Source of the DNA: Calcarisporiella thermophila CBS 279.70
Taxonomy: Eukaryota; Fungi; Calcarisporiellomycota
Assembly (NCBI RefSeq): GCF_041956535.1
Contig: NW_027192215.1
Span: 227,208-291,207, forward strand
DNA: 64,000 nucleotides
Direction: 5' to 3'
Under the pieces are notes generated by a model, which did not search any database, was not told the DNA's origin, and saw only the letters and a program-made list of their open reading frames with translations. Below are positions 1-11,964 of the stretch, one piece after another (the stretch's first letter is position 1; every line of letters starts with the position of its first letter). The position numbers were made by a program, and so were the translations under genes.

Positions 1-1738
1 GAGGTGAAAGTAATGAACTGAGAAAAAAGCTGTTTTCTGTAGTTTCTGAGAAGTTTCCCCGGGAATTTCTAAGGCGGTTGGGCTTTAGGTTTGATAACAA
101 CAAATCGCGAACTGCTCGGGTAGTTGAATCGAAATCTGTATTGTCTACTTCACAAGGTAATGTCTGGTTTACAAACCATTACTTACTTTCTACTAATTTG
201 TGAGTATCTATTATACAGACGATACACGACTGAATGGGGGGCAGTCGAATAAACAGAATGGTTCAACTCCCACTCTAGAAACAAAACGAGCAGTGAAGCG
301 CAAACCAGGTTAATATTCCTTCAGAAAATTCCTATAAATGTTTTTGCTTATTCTTAAGTATGCCTGACTTTAGTGCCCAAAGCCGTTTTGGATTTTCTTA
401 TGGAGTCATCTCGGATTGCAGCAAATAGGGTTCTAAAAAGGAAGAGAGAGGATGAGATAGAGGAAGAGGCTGACGAAGGGTATGATGGTGAGAGATATAT
501 CCAGGTTCGATATTTGAATGATACAAAACTGAACATCCTCAAGAAATTTAAAATTTCTCATCCTGATTTCAAGATTGCTAAGTCAAAATTTTATTCTTTA
601 ATTCCGAAATTCTTTAAGAAATCGTATAAGAAACCAGACATGTGCGAGGTGTGCGTCGAAGGCAAGAAGAACCTCGATAATCTGCGCCGTATACAGCGAG
701 AAATCCGTAATGGTTGCATCGGAAATTGTTTCGCGGGAGGTGTAGAGCTTTGTGAAAGAGAAATTACTGAGGAGGATAAAGACCGACTCGAGAAACAGAA
801 GGAGAAAGTTTCCATATATACTTCCCACCAGCGTTTCGTGGATGAGAGAAAGTCGATGTTTGCGAAAAATTCTAGAGAGCTTGATGAGAACAAGAGAATA
901 CTTATCATGGATTTCAAAGAGAATTTGCAATTGGGAGGCGGGCCGGTTGAGACTGGAAAACCTTCTTCTCGAAGCAACAGTGCTCTTGTTTGGGGATGGT
1001 GTTACTTTCACCTGACGGAAACAAGGGATATTTTGACTTTTTTTCCGAGATTTTGAGTCACAACGCATTATATGTCAAAGATTGCCTTAAGATTTTATGT
1101 TCGAAAATATCGCTTGACGGGTTCGACACTCTTGAAGTTTGGAGCGATTGTGGACCCCATTTCAAGTGTCAAGAGCTAGCACATTATCTGCTTCACGAGT
1201 TTCCAGTAAAATATGACAAAGAAGTAAAATGGAACTTCTTTGCCGAGTACCACGGAAAAAGTTGGGATGGTCATTTTGGCTTGCTTTCTCGCTGGTTTTC
1301 GGCAATCGAATCAACGATTGGAACGAGCAGTATTGACAAGTTGATTTCATCGTTCGAAGACCGTTTACAAGAACCAACGATGGAAGGGAACAAACGAAAA
1401 AATTATCCATCCAATTTTTCCGCTATGAACGATCCAACAGACCGGAGTCACTAAAAGTCCTGTCGATCGAAAAGTTTTCAACCTTTTTTTCGTTTTCTTA
1501 CGAAAACAGCATGATTTATGCGTATAGCGGTTCTGCGGGAGACGAAAAAGTCGAAGTCAACCAGAAAATTCTTACAAAAAAGGATAAGCGGGCGACGAAG
1601 CGGCCTCCGAAGCATAAAGAGGAGGCGGAGGAGAAGAAAACACCAGGGGTTAAAAGGCATATTACAAGGATTGAATCACTTGGGCGAGCGCTAGATATCG
1701 AGGGATTGTGCAAACGGATAATGAAGTTGGCACTCTGA
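1..1738 (+). mobile_element. Degenerate, intron-containing DDD transposase gene, Sola2-like (5' truncated by window; two frameshifts)
   Basis: An open frame at 3-156, introns 157-218 (GTAATG..TACTAAT..ACAG) and 309-358, then ORFs 373-1056, 990-1454 and 1511-1738. These join if one A is restored at about 957-960 and one at about 1397-1402. Motifs DMCEVC, ILIMDFKEN, VWSDCGPHFK and WNFFAEYHGKS-DGHFG match the DFxEN / SD / HGK..D pattern I recall for Sola2 transposases. No TIR identified. Confidence 0.7.
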
Positions 1739-1772
1739 TTATGCAGTTTATCCGGATGGGGGATGGAAGAAG

Positions 1773-1819
1773 GTGAGGAGAAGAAGAAGAAGGAGGAGGA
1801 GGAGGAGGAGGAGGAGGAG
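1773..1819 (+). repeat. (GAA)/(GAG)n microsatellite
   Basis: Run of aga/agg triplets just downstream of the transposase stop; it explains the poly-Arg ORF 1773-1964. Confidence 0.85.
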
Positions 1820-2231
1820 CCAAAAGAAGAAATGGAATCAAAGTATCATATTTTCTTTCTTGTATCCGAGAGAGTTTGGTTTAAGCCGGGAATTCCATCC
1901 CGCTCTCTTGGCTGTCTCCTGTGGATTCCTTGACTACCATTTCTTCGAAGTTTTATGTACATAATTTTCATACACAGGAGACTGTATTTTGGGGAGAAAT
2001 TCCTGGCATAGGATAGAGGTTCGGGAGCAATGGTTGATTACCTCAAAGGAAATAGGTTTAGAATGCTAGCGAGCAAAACCTTTCCCTCTTTGAGGTTTCC
2101 TCCCGCCTTCAAACGCCGTTGCACACCTCTCTATCCTATTTAATAAAGCGTTAAGGGGATTTAAGAGTGGATAAAAATGCCGCTAGCACTAACCAACTGT
2201 ATTATAGGGTTTTGAATATGGCCTAAGGAGC

Positions 2232-2339
2232 GTATGATGGTAAGTATGATGGTAAGTATTAGGTTGTATGTTAATATAGTTAATAAAGTAAATATCGAGG
2301 TGAATATTAAGATAAGTATTGGGGGAGGTATTAGGTTAG
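2232..2339. repeat. Degenerate 12-bp minisatellite, 9 units
   Basis: In-register units: gtatgatggtaa x2, gtattaggttgt, atgttaatatag, ttaataaagtaa, atatcgaggtga, atattaagataa, gtattgggggag, gtattaggttag. Confidence 0.65.
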
Positions 2340-3355
2340 GTTAGTAAATAAAGAAAAACCTACTAGAGGAAGGGAGAATTTTGATGGTGGTTTTTAAAAA
2401 GCTACTACAAGTGATTGTGTATCGATTGCACTAAAAATGAGAGCTCTAGGATGGATATTCGCAGAATTATTAGCCCTCAGATTTTGCTATAATTCTGGAG
2501 ATTTATATCTAAATAGATTGGTCCAATCAAATCTCATAATTCTTATTTCTATATTTCTGATTCTGTCTGATTTTTTGTGGAAACTCCCATATAGTGAATC
2601 AGAATTGGATCAATGCGAGCGGCTCAACAAAGATCTCATTTTGAAGTGTTGTCAAATCACGCAATGTAATAGTTTTCCATTAATCAGATTTTTAGCCGAA
2701 AATTTGAAATGAGAGAAAATAACGCGTAATCCTATAATATTTGATATTTTTCTTTAGTGGAACGAACATAAGTTTATTCTCGTAGCCAAATTTTATATTT
2801 GTAATACTAAAGGGAACGAACAATCATGTTCCCTCATCTATATTCGTTCTAATACATTTCAATCTTCATAGTATCGGAGAAGCCTTTAGCACATAGTTTA
2901 GTCGAGTACTATCTACAAATGTATATAATCGCATCTAATATGGATGTGGCAAATCAAATAAAAATCTATAAAATGTTTCTCTCCTCTCTATCCCGCGCCT
3001 TCTGCCTCTCCCTTCACCTTTTTCCTTTTTTTCGTCTGTCAATACAAAACAAAAACATCTAGAACCCCAAATAATAGCCTCAAGTTTTATTTCCCCTAAC
3101 CACAAAAACTATACACTATACCTAAGTTCAAAGCGCCTGTGGGATGAAAAGTTGTAAACCGACAACACCTCTTTTGTTATCCTGGAGAGTTCAGAATCTT
3201 GTCATCTAGCATGGACCGAAGAAGGTTCATCAATTGAAAAGTTATCGAGACAATGAGGTAATTTTTTTATTATGATTGTCTAAAGACTCGAAAAATAAAG
3301 AGAGGAAAAAGAAAAAAAAATGCGATGAAAATTTATACTTTTCAAAAAAAAAAAA

Positions 3356-5452
3356 TTAACGCTCAGGAGCCTCCTCGTGCTCAGCTCCTCCTTGCGGCTG
3401 AGCACCTCCCTTTTCTTTCTTCGAAATGCCGGACACGATGTCATCCACACGCAGCAACAAACATGCCGACTATAGAGAGCAAAAGAAAAAAAAATAAGGA
3501 ATTGTGTGAGACATAGCACTGACGCCTCTTTCAGCGGGGATTTAGGCTCCTACCTCAATTGCAGTCTTCACCGACTGAATCTTCACCGCCGACGGCTCCC
3601 ACAGGTCGTACTCGTGCATATCCACAATCTTGCCCGCATGCCCGTCAATGCCCCAAGAGTGTTCGCCGTTGGCATGTTTGGCACGGAGCTGTGTCAGAAC
3701 CTTGATCGCATTGCCACCGCAGTTCTGTACTAGTGTCCGAGGGATCACCTCCATTGCATCCGCCACTGCGCGGTATGGCCAGGCCTCGACCCCCTCGATT
3801 GTCTTGGATTTTTCCGCAAGGCGCACGGAAACGGCCATCTCTGTTGCGCCGCCTCCCGGAGCCAGTTTCGGGGCGAAGAATACATTCCGGGCAACGCACA
3901 TGGCATCCTGGAGGTTACGCTCCACCTCGTTCAGCACATCCTTACTAGGCCCACGGAGCACAATGGTGCACGCCTTCGGGTCTTTGCACCGTGTCAAGAA
4001 GGTGAAGTACTCGTCGCCAATCTTTTCGACTGAGAAGCGTCCGCAATGTGTGCCCACATCGGACTCCCTCAGGTCCTCGACGCGGTTCACGATGGTTGCG
4101 CCCACTGCACGCGCAATGCGGTTGTTGTCCGTCTTGCGGACACGGCGGATGGCGGTGATGTTGGCCTTGACCAGATAGTGCTGCGCGAGATCTAGATCCG
4201 ACAAAAAGCCACGTCAGACCGTTGCAACAGAATACGCTCGCATACGGGCAAAAAACCTACCTGATACACCCTTCTCGGTGAAGACAAGGTCCGGCTTCAA
4301 CTCGATGATCTTATCGCACATCGACTTGATCTGCTCCTCCTCAATCTGCAGAATGCGGTTCCAGTCTGTCTCCTTCGTGATCTCGATATTTGTCTGCGAC
4401 TCGCCCTTCTTGTACTCAAGCGGACAGTCGAGCAAAATGATGCGAGGGTTCTCGATGTGGCGACGCATCTTAGGGTGTGTGATATCCTTATTTAACATCA
4501 CACCATCGAGCACCACCGACTCCTCAATTTCACCCCCAGGAATCTGCACAAAAAATAAAAGTCGAAGAATTAATTGGATCCTTTTCAAGGGGGTCTCCAA
4601 ATCCATCTCTAGCTACCTTCTCCACCCTAGCATACCGCTTGATATCCACCTCCTTTCGACCCTCAATGTCCACGGCAACCGTTCGCACCGCGTCCAAAGC
4701 AAGTTTGCACATGAGCTCAGACCAGCGGCTCACAAACTTGGTCCCAATGGAGCCTCTGATAAGAGCTAACATTTCGTTGTGGTCATTGACGTTGACTGGC
4801 TTAGAGATCTCCTCGATAACCTCGATCGCATCCTCAAGCGCTTTCTTGAATGCGGAAATGATAACAATTGGGTGGATGTTTCTTTCAAGATAGGGTGCAG
4901 CTTGAGCCAGCATTTCGCCAGCTAAAAATTAAAAAATGGGAATTTACGACGAATTAGATGGGCCAAAATCAGGGCGATGAAATTAGCGCAGAGCATACCT
5001 AGAATGATGACACTTGTTGTTCCATCGCCCACCTCTTCGTCCTGCGTCCGACTCAGTTCGATCATACTTTTAGCCGCGGGATGCGCGACCTCAACTTCAC
5101 GTAGAATCGCATTCCCATCATTGGTGAGCACGATGCCTCCCATCGGATCGAGCAACATCTTGAGCATGGACCGCGGTCCCAAACATGTGCGGATCACATC
5201 GGCCACCGTCTAGATTAGGCAAACAAGTACCGATAAGTAATTGAGATAAACGCGATCCGGATTAATTAACCCATCATGAGAAAGACGATTACCTTTGCTG
5301 CCTGGATATTTGACATCTGAGCCTTCCTACCAGTTTCACGCTCATTGGGCGTGTCTAGTAGCCGGAATGAGAAAGAAACCATTAGCCAAAGAGACAAGCA
5401 ACTGGGGAGGCAGTCTACACATACTCATAACAATCACTGGTGCTTGATACAT
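3356..5452 (-). CDS. CCT3: T-complex protein 1 subunit gamma (chaperonin CCT3), multi-exon
   Basis: Spliced protein MYQAPVIVM..KAQMSNIQAAK..RTCLGPRSMLKMLLDPMGG..GDGTTS..CPLEYKKGESQTN..PGGGATEM..SACLLLRVDDIVSG. ATG at 5452, TAA at 3356-3358. Confidence 0.97.
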
Positions 5453-6021
5453 CGTGTGTTGTTTAATCTGATGGTCGGGATGATAATTTCGAACCAGAAA
5501 GAACAACAACGAATTTATTTACCAAAATTCGCGTTGTCGAGTGACTGTTTGTGGCTGCCTCTCCCCTCTGAAATCCTCCCTACAGCTCCCTCCCATTGCT
5601 CATTTTCCAGCAGTGAGTAGAGCTCTATGGCTTCAAACGATTCGGTTGATATGCCGAAGCAGGCGTAACGACGTGCCCGAACACAACGCTGGGATGCATT
5701 ATCTTTCTCTCAATTAAATGAATAAACAAAGCGCCTGGCAAAGAAAGAAAAGCCTGCTCCCGAGATAAATATCAGCGCGTTCAATAAGATAAAAAAAAAG
5801 ATAACATCCGTGTTGAGAAAAAAGCAAGAAATATCCAGGCATTTTATTTTTACGTTTTGGAAAAACATTAGTAATAGACTTAATAGACATCGGTTAGCTC
5901 ACGGGGAATCTGAAAAAAAAAAAATAGATATAAATAATATAAAACATCACAAATATAAAATAAATATAGCTATGATAAATAGAGATGGGGTTAACTTAAA
6001 ACTAGAGGGTAAGGGGAAAAA

Positions 6022-6659
6022 NNNNNNNNNNNNNNNNNNNNNNNNNNNNNNNNNNNNNNNNNNNNNNNNNNNNNNNNNNNNNNNNNNNNNNNNNNNNNNN
6101 NNNNNNNNNNNNNNNNNNNNNNNNNNNNNNNNNNNNNNNNNNNNNNNNNNNNNNNNNNNNNNNNNNNNNNNNNNNNNNNNNNNNNNNNNNNNNNNNNNNN
6201 NNNNNNNNNNNNNNNNNNNNNNNNNNNNNNNNNNNNNNNNNNNNNNNNNNNNNNNNNNNNNNNNNNNNNNNNNNNNNNNNNNNNNNNNNNNNNNNNNNNN
6301 NNNNNNNNNNNNNNNNNNNNNNNNNNNNNNNNNNNNNNNNNNNNNNNNNNNNNNNNNNNNNNNNNNNNNNNNNNNNNNNNNNNNNNNNNNNNNNNNNNNN
6401 NNNNNNNNNNNNNNNNNNNNNNNNNNNNNNNNNNNNNNNNNNNNNNNNNNNNNNNNNNNNNNNNNNNNNNNNNNNNNNNNNNNNNNNNNNNNNNNNNNNN
6501 NNNNNNNNNNNNNNNNNNNNNNNNNNNNNNNNNNNNNNNNNNNNNNNNNNNNNNNNNNNNNNNNNNNNNNNNNNNNNNNNNNNNNNNNNNNNNNNNNNNN
6601 NNNNNNNNNNNNNNNNNNNNNNNNNNNNNNNNNNNNNNNNNNNNNNNNNNNNNNNNNNN
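6022..6659. other. Assembly gap (N run)
   Basis: 638 N, with the identical 19-mer tagagggtaaggggaaaaa on both sides. Confidence 0.99.
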
Positions 6660-6835
6660 TAGAGGGTAAGGGGAAAAAGAAAAGGGAGAGGGGGGGTAAA
6701 TGGCAACCAAATCAACGAAGCAAGTAAAACAAGGTGTAGGAGGAGAAGGGGGTATACAAAAGAGGGAGGTAGAAGCCGAGGGAAAGGGGAGCCGGTTGGA
6801 GGGAGAGGAGGGAAAGGGGGGAGAAGGGGGAGTGT

Positions 6836-9800
6836 CTAAGTAAATCCAGATTCATGCAATAGGCGGGCAATTTTTTCGTCGTCTCTCTCGCGTGGCTCCA
6901 GCTCCAAGCTAAGGGGATACAGCTCTTCGACCGGTCGGCTCGACTGAAGCCAGCCTCGCAGGAACTGCTGCAGCTCCGGCACTGCGGCCAAGTTGTAGGA
7001 CATGAGCTGGTACCGCTGAATCTCCCGGATGACCTCCGCGGTCTTGGCGCGCTTCGAGAAGTTGATCAGGTTCGCGGGCTTGAGCGAGTTTGGATTGCCG
7101 TCCGTGATGAACGTGAGGTCGGTGAGATACACGCCGAGGAAGGGCACGCAGGGGGCGACGGCGAGCCGCAGCACCTCGCGGTACTCGGCGAAGTTCTTGG
7201 CGGAGTTGATGAGCTTCTTGAGGTGGTTCAGCGTTTGCTGCGTCTTTTGGTTGACGAGGTCCCACGTCCGCCGCAGGCGGAAGATGGCGGAGGAGTCCAG
7301 CGCGGCCACGATGGCCATGCAGGTGTTGAAGTTGTTCAGGGAGGAGCACTTCTCCGCGATGCTGACGAAGTGCTTGATGTACGCGGCACGCTTTTTGATC
7401 TCGACCTGCATCAGGATGCACTCCGCGACCCATCCCGTGATCTGGTTGCTCTGCTCGATGAGGGCCCTCACGTTGGGGGCCACGTCGCCGCTCTCCCCGT
7501 TGCTCCAGGCCTTGTCCAGACACTCCACCGGCCGGATCTTGTTGTAGAGGCGCGAGTCCATCAGCGTCAGCTGCCTCGCGACCTCGAGCGGGTCCAGCTC
7601 GAGCAGCTTGAACTTGCGCAGGTTCTTGGGCAGGATGGGCGGCGGGGGGGGGACGTTCTGCGTCGAGATCATCTTGCGGAAGCCGGCGCCGTCCGTGGAC
7701 TGCATGCGCTTGTCGATGAGCTTGACCAGCTGGGCGGCTGGGAGCGCCATGTATTCGTGCATGGTGGCCACCGCGAACTCCCGCATGCTGGGCAGGCAGC
7801 GGGCATCCTCCTCGTCCTGGTAGTAGTTCTCGAGCCAGTTCTTGATCACGTTGAACACACGCAGGCGTACAGGCGTCAGCTTCCGCTCGTTCCACACCGC
7901 GAGCTCGCCCGGGGAGAGGCCATCCGGGGGGGACATGAGGAACCGGGCCTTGAGCATCTCGAAGAGCTCGTGGGTGGTGGTGAAGGAGCGGTAGGTGAGC
8001 AGGAAGGTGGCCATGAAGTTGGCGTCGTGTACGTCGTGCATCGTGAGGCGTTCCACGAGCGCCTTGAGGGTGCCTCCGCGCAGCACGCCGTCGCTGTTGA
8101 AGACGACGTCCTCGGGGCCGTAGTCATAGCCGAGGAACCACGGCCGATCCTTGTCCTCGACCCCCTTGTCCCCGTGCTCGCCATTCGCCGCGCCCTCGGA
8201 GGCCTCGGGGTCCACTTCCCCGACAAGCCCCCCGGCCTCCAGCATAAAGGTGTGGGATTCCTCGAAGTCAAGCTTCCCGAAGAAGTCGAGCTCGGCGCCG
8301 TCCTTGCTCGGGTGCCGGACGGACACCTCCGAGTCCGACGAGATCTCGCCGTCCTCTTGGTCGTACATCTCCGCGTACTGCATCGACGCAATGCCCACGT
8401 CGTCGTCGCTGTTCCCGGACTCCAGCTGCCTCATGATCTCCTTTTCGAGGCCGTCTAGGTCGCTCTCTCCATCCTCGTCAAAGTCCGCGACACTCCTCAC
8501 CTCCTCTATTTGCGACAGGGTGTTCCGGCCAGGCGATGGCTGCGCCTTTGGCTCGGCCTTGGCCCTGTCGCCGTCCTCGAGGTCGATGCCGAGCACGCCC
8601 AGCAGCCTCTTGACGACCTGGTCGGCGTGCTCCGCCGCCCTCAAGATCTGCTCCATGACCTCGGTTTTTTCGTTGGCGGCCTGGGCGGCCATGATCAGCC
8701 CCCCGAGGGCGTTGAACACCGCCTGCTTGGCCCGGGGGAACTCGTCGGTGCCGGTGAGGAGGTCGGGCGCCTCCTCCACGACCGTGATCAACAGGGTGAG
8801 CTGCGTAAGCCACTGACGCACCTGAGCGAACAGGACGGCCCCGAAGATCGGGAATGCAGAGGGGGTCATCTGATCGACCATTTTGCGCACGTGCGCCACC
8901 AGGAACCCGTGGGCGCGCACCACCGAGCGCGCATGCTGCTCGAGCTGGCCGATGCTGCCCACCCCCGCGTTGTCGGCGCCCTTTCTTAAGGCGCGCGGCC
9001 CATCCACCAGCTTGGGCTCCGGGTTCCTCACCTCCACCCCCGTCTCCTGGGCCAGCGACACGAAGTTGCGCACCGCCGCAAGCACGTCCCCAGCATCTCG
9101 CTGCACCCGCGCGATGGCGTCGGCCGGGGGCCACTGCCCCCCCGCCACCCTCGCGCTCAGCACCAGCCTGGACACCGTGGCAATAATGATGCGGTGCTTT
9201 GTCTGCAGCTCTTTGTCTCGTAGGATGACGGGGGAGTCTTTCGAGACGCACCCACAAGCCATCAGCATGATGCGAATCGAATCCACCACGGCGGTTGCGA
9301 GCGCGACAAACGGCGGTTTGTTACGGGGGCTAGCCGCACGCAGCGACTGGGTGAGGCCGTGGATGGACATGGCGATGCTCGTGGCCAGCTTAATCCACGT
9401 GACCTCTTCGTTGTGGGGCAGCAATTTAGTGCGGGGAGGAGGAGAGGGCATGGGGATGGGTTCGGGCTCTGGCTCGGGCTCGTGTTCGGGATGGCTAGGG
9501 GGCTCGGGCTTGGCGTGGAGGCGATTTCGCGAAGGAGAGCGTGCCGCCAGAGGGGGGGGATATGGGGAGGTGCGCTTGGGATTCGGGGTTAGTCGGCTGC
9601 CGCTGCTGCCGAGAAACTCGCCGGGGGTGGGGGAGGGGGTGATGTCGAGGGCCGGGGGGGTTGGGAGCCCGTACCCGGCCTCGATGCCGCTCTGGTGCGG
9701 CTCGAGCATGTCCATGCTCCACGCCGTCTCCTCGGTGACGACGTTGTGGAAGTAGACGCGGCCCTGCTGGTTGACCTTGCGCACCCAGTTGGGCGGCAGG

Positions 9801-10658
9801 AGGTAGTTGGGCTGGGGTTGCGGGTAGCCGGGGTAATTATGGTGCGGCGACGGGGAGGGGACGCACGCGGCTCGATGGTGGTCCTCCATCCGCGGCAGCG
9901 TGGCGGCCCCCATATGATGATGGCTGTAGTCCATGCTGTCGAGCTCGCCCATGTCGCTTGCGCTGTCGCCGTTGATGCTGGAGGGGGCCCTCGAGCTCAC
10001 CTCCTGGGTTATTTTGTTGTAGAAGTAGTTGGAGCCGTCGGGGGCCTGCTGCACGATCCACGGGTTCGGCATGGGGGGCCGGCGGGCGGAGCGAACCGAT
10101 TGCGCGGCGTTGGAGGAAAAGGAGTTGCTGCGGGAGCGAGCGCCGTTGGCGGACGACTTGGAGGAGGGCGGCGGCGGCGGCGGCGGCACGACGATGGCGT
10201 CGGCGGGAGGTTCCCAGGCGGACTGGCCGGTTTTCGTGTTCTCGTAGAACACCACGCCATCGGGAGTCGTTTTCCGGATCCACTTCTCTTCCTCGTGCTA
10301 AGTCAGAGGGGGGGGGGGGGAGGAAGACGATTAGCTTCATTGGCCCAGAGAGAGGGAAAGAGGGGGACGAGGGACAAATGGGCGGGAGAGCAAGTCGAAC
10401 CAATCGGCCTACCTTCTCGTGGATCTGGCTCACACTGGTTATCACGCTTATGTTCTCATCATCCGATTCATCCTCCAACAGCTCCACGTAGTTGGAGGGG
10501 AACCAGCCGCGCTCACCATTCATGATCCCATCCCACCATCCAGACTGCAGCTGTGCAAGCACCTCGATGGTTGCGCCCTTCTTGAAGCTGAGCGCGGAGG
10601 GATCCGAGGAATGGTAGTCGTAGAGCGCACGCACCAGGCAGATGATGCCGTCGGACAT
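6836..10658 (-). CDS. CDC25: Ras guanine-nucleotide exchange factor, Cdc25-like (SH3, WW x3, REM, RasGEF), 2 exons
   Basis: Exon 1 has an SH3 domain (VRALYDY..GWWDG..GWFPSNY). An intron at about 10298-10412 joins it in frame to the 1139-aa ORF with WW repeats, REM (GGTLKALVERL..FLLTYRSFTT) and the CDC25 domain (LNNFNT..PCVPFLGVYLTDLTFITDGN..INFSKR). Confidence 0.93.
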
Positions 10659-11964
10659 GATGTTCGAATTCTCGCTCAGGCACTTCTATTCACGCGTGAT
10701 GCAGACGCTGGGCATTCAGCCGATTGGCGCGGAGGACAGGGGATGGCGAAGCAATAAACAAAGCTCGGGCAATGAGGGAAGATGGGGGAGATGGAGTGCT
10801 TAGGGGCGGGGGACGGCTATTGGCCGAAACAAAACGCTATACAAAGGCACCGATGCGCACGCGGTAGCGGGATGGCTAGAGGCGGGTCGGCAGGCTGAGC
10901 ATAGCAAGGCGGGAGAGAAACGCGCGGGAAGCGAGGGTACCAAAAAAGCAGCGCAGCGGTGTCGGGAGAAGTCGACGGCTGGAAAGCGGCGGGCGGAATT
11001 TCCCCTTGGACAACCGGCAAAGCCAAGTGCACGGCAACCTTATTTGGGGGCAGCTTTCCCATTCTGCCGCCTCTCCTGTTTCACCCCCACGTTTTGTCCC
11101 ACCGCCAGACAATCAATCCTATTCACGCCGCGATTGCCACCTTCATTTGGCCCCTCCCGTGCGCTTCTCTCCTCCGCTGCGGACCCCGCGGGCCTCCACT
11201 CCGCATTGGCCTGCCCGCCGCAGCTAAATGAGCTGGAGTTGTCGTCGGAATCCGCGCTCCCCCCGCGCCATTGGCGAGGTTTGTTCTCCATCTCGCATCG
11301 TCCGGGGCCGCGGCTCCACCACCTTGCCCAAATCCGTCGTGGCTCGAGCTAAGCCCAGGTCGGCTCGCTGCCCCGATGCATTCTGTATGCCCGACGCTCT
11401 CCAAACCCTGCGCGCGCTCCTCTCCACCGCCATGGCTGGCTTGGTGGACTGGCCGCGTGGTGGCGCAGCCATGGAAATCGATCGAGAGGCCCGGCGAATC
11501 AGCGGCCGGGAGGAGAGAATAAGGTCGGAGCACAAACTGGTCCATCCACGGCCAGAAGAGGGGCGCAGCGAGGCGAACCTTGCTTTAGCTCGGCTCGACG
11601 TGTCGCAACCCTTGCCGCCCCCAAAACCACTGGCCCAATTCAAATCCTCGGCCCTCGCTGCAACCTCTTCGTTCCGCGGCGAACTCTATGAGGAGAGGCT
11701 TCGTGCACTCTTCGAACCCTGGCACAAGTCTAGTCTAATTTCTTTATTGTGTGAAAGGGCTTTCCCCGCCTCCATCCCGCATACAAAAGCCTTTAAAAAA
11801 AAACAAAGCGGTACCCTTCGAAGAGACTTGAAACGAGAGGCGGAGAAAGGGGAATGGGCGAGGAGAAGGGGAGGAGAGGAAGGGGAAGGAGACGAAATAA
11901 AAGAATTAACAACAATGATAAAGAGCATCTCTAGGGCGGCCCACCCCCCCGTCTAGCCAAGAGT

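Noticed and set aside
5810-6727. ORFs of 237-305 aa spanning the N gap
   Set aside because: Artefacts of translating N.
6909-10525. Many 150-411 aa overlapping ORFs within the RasGEF
   Set aside because: Shadow frames of GC-rich coding sequence, with R/G/A/P-rich translations and no motifs.
11228-11956. 242-aa + strand ORF between RasGEF and ERG20
   Set aside because: No recognisable domain, and it runs through the ERG20 terminator and simple purine tracts. More likely RasGEF promoter or leader sequence.
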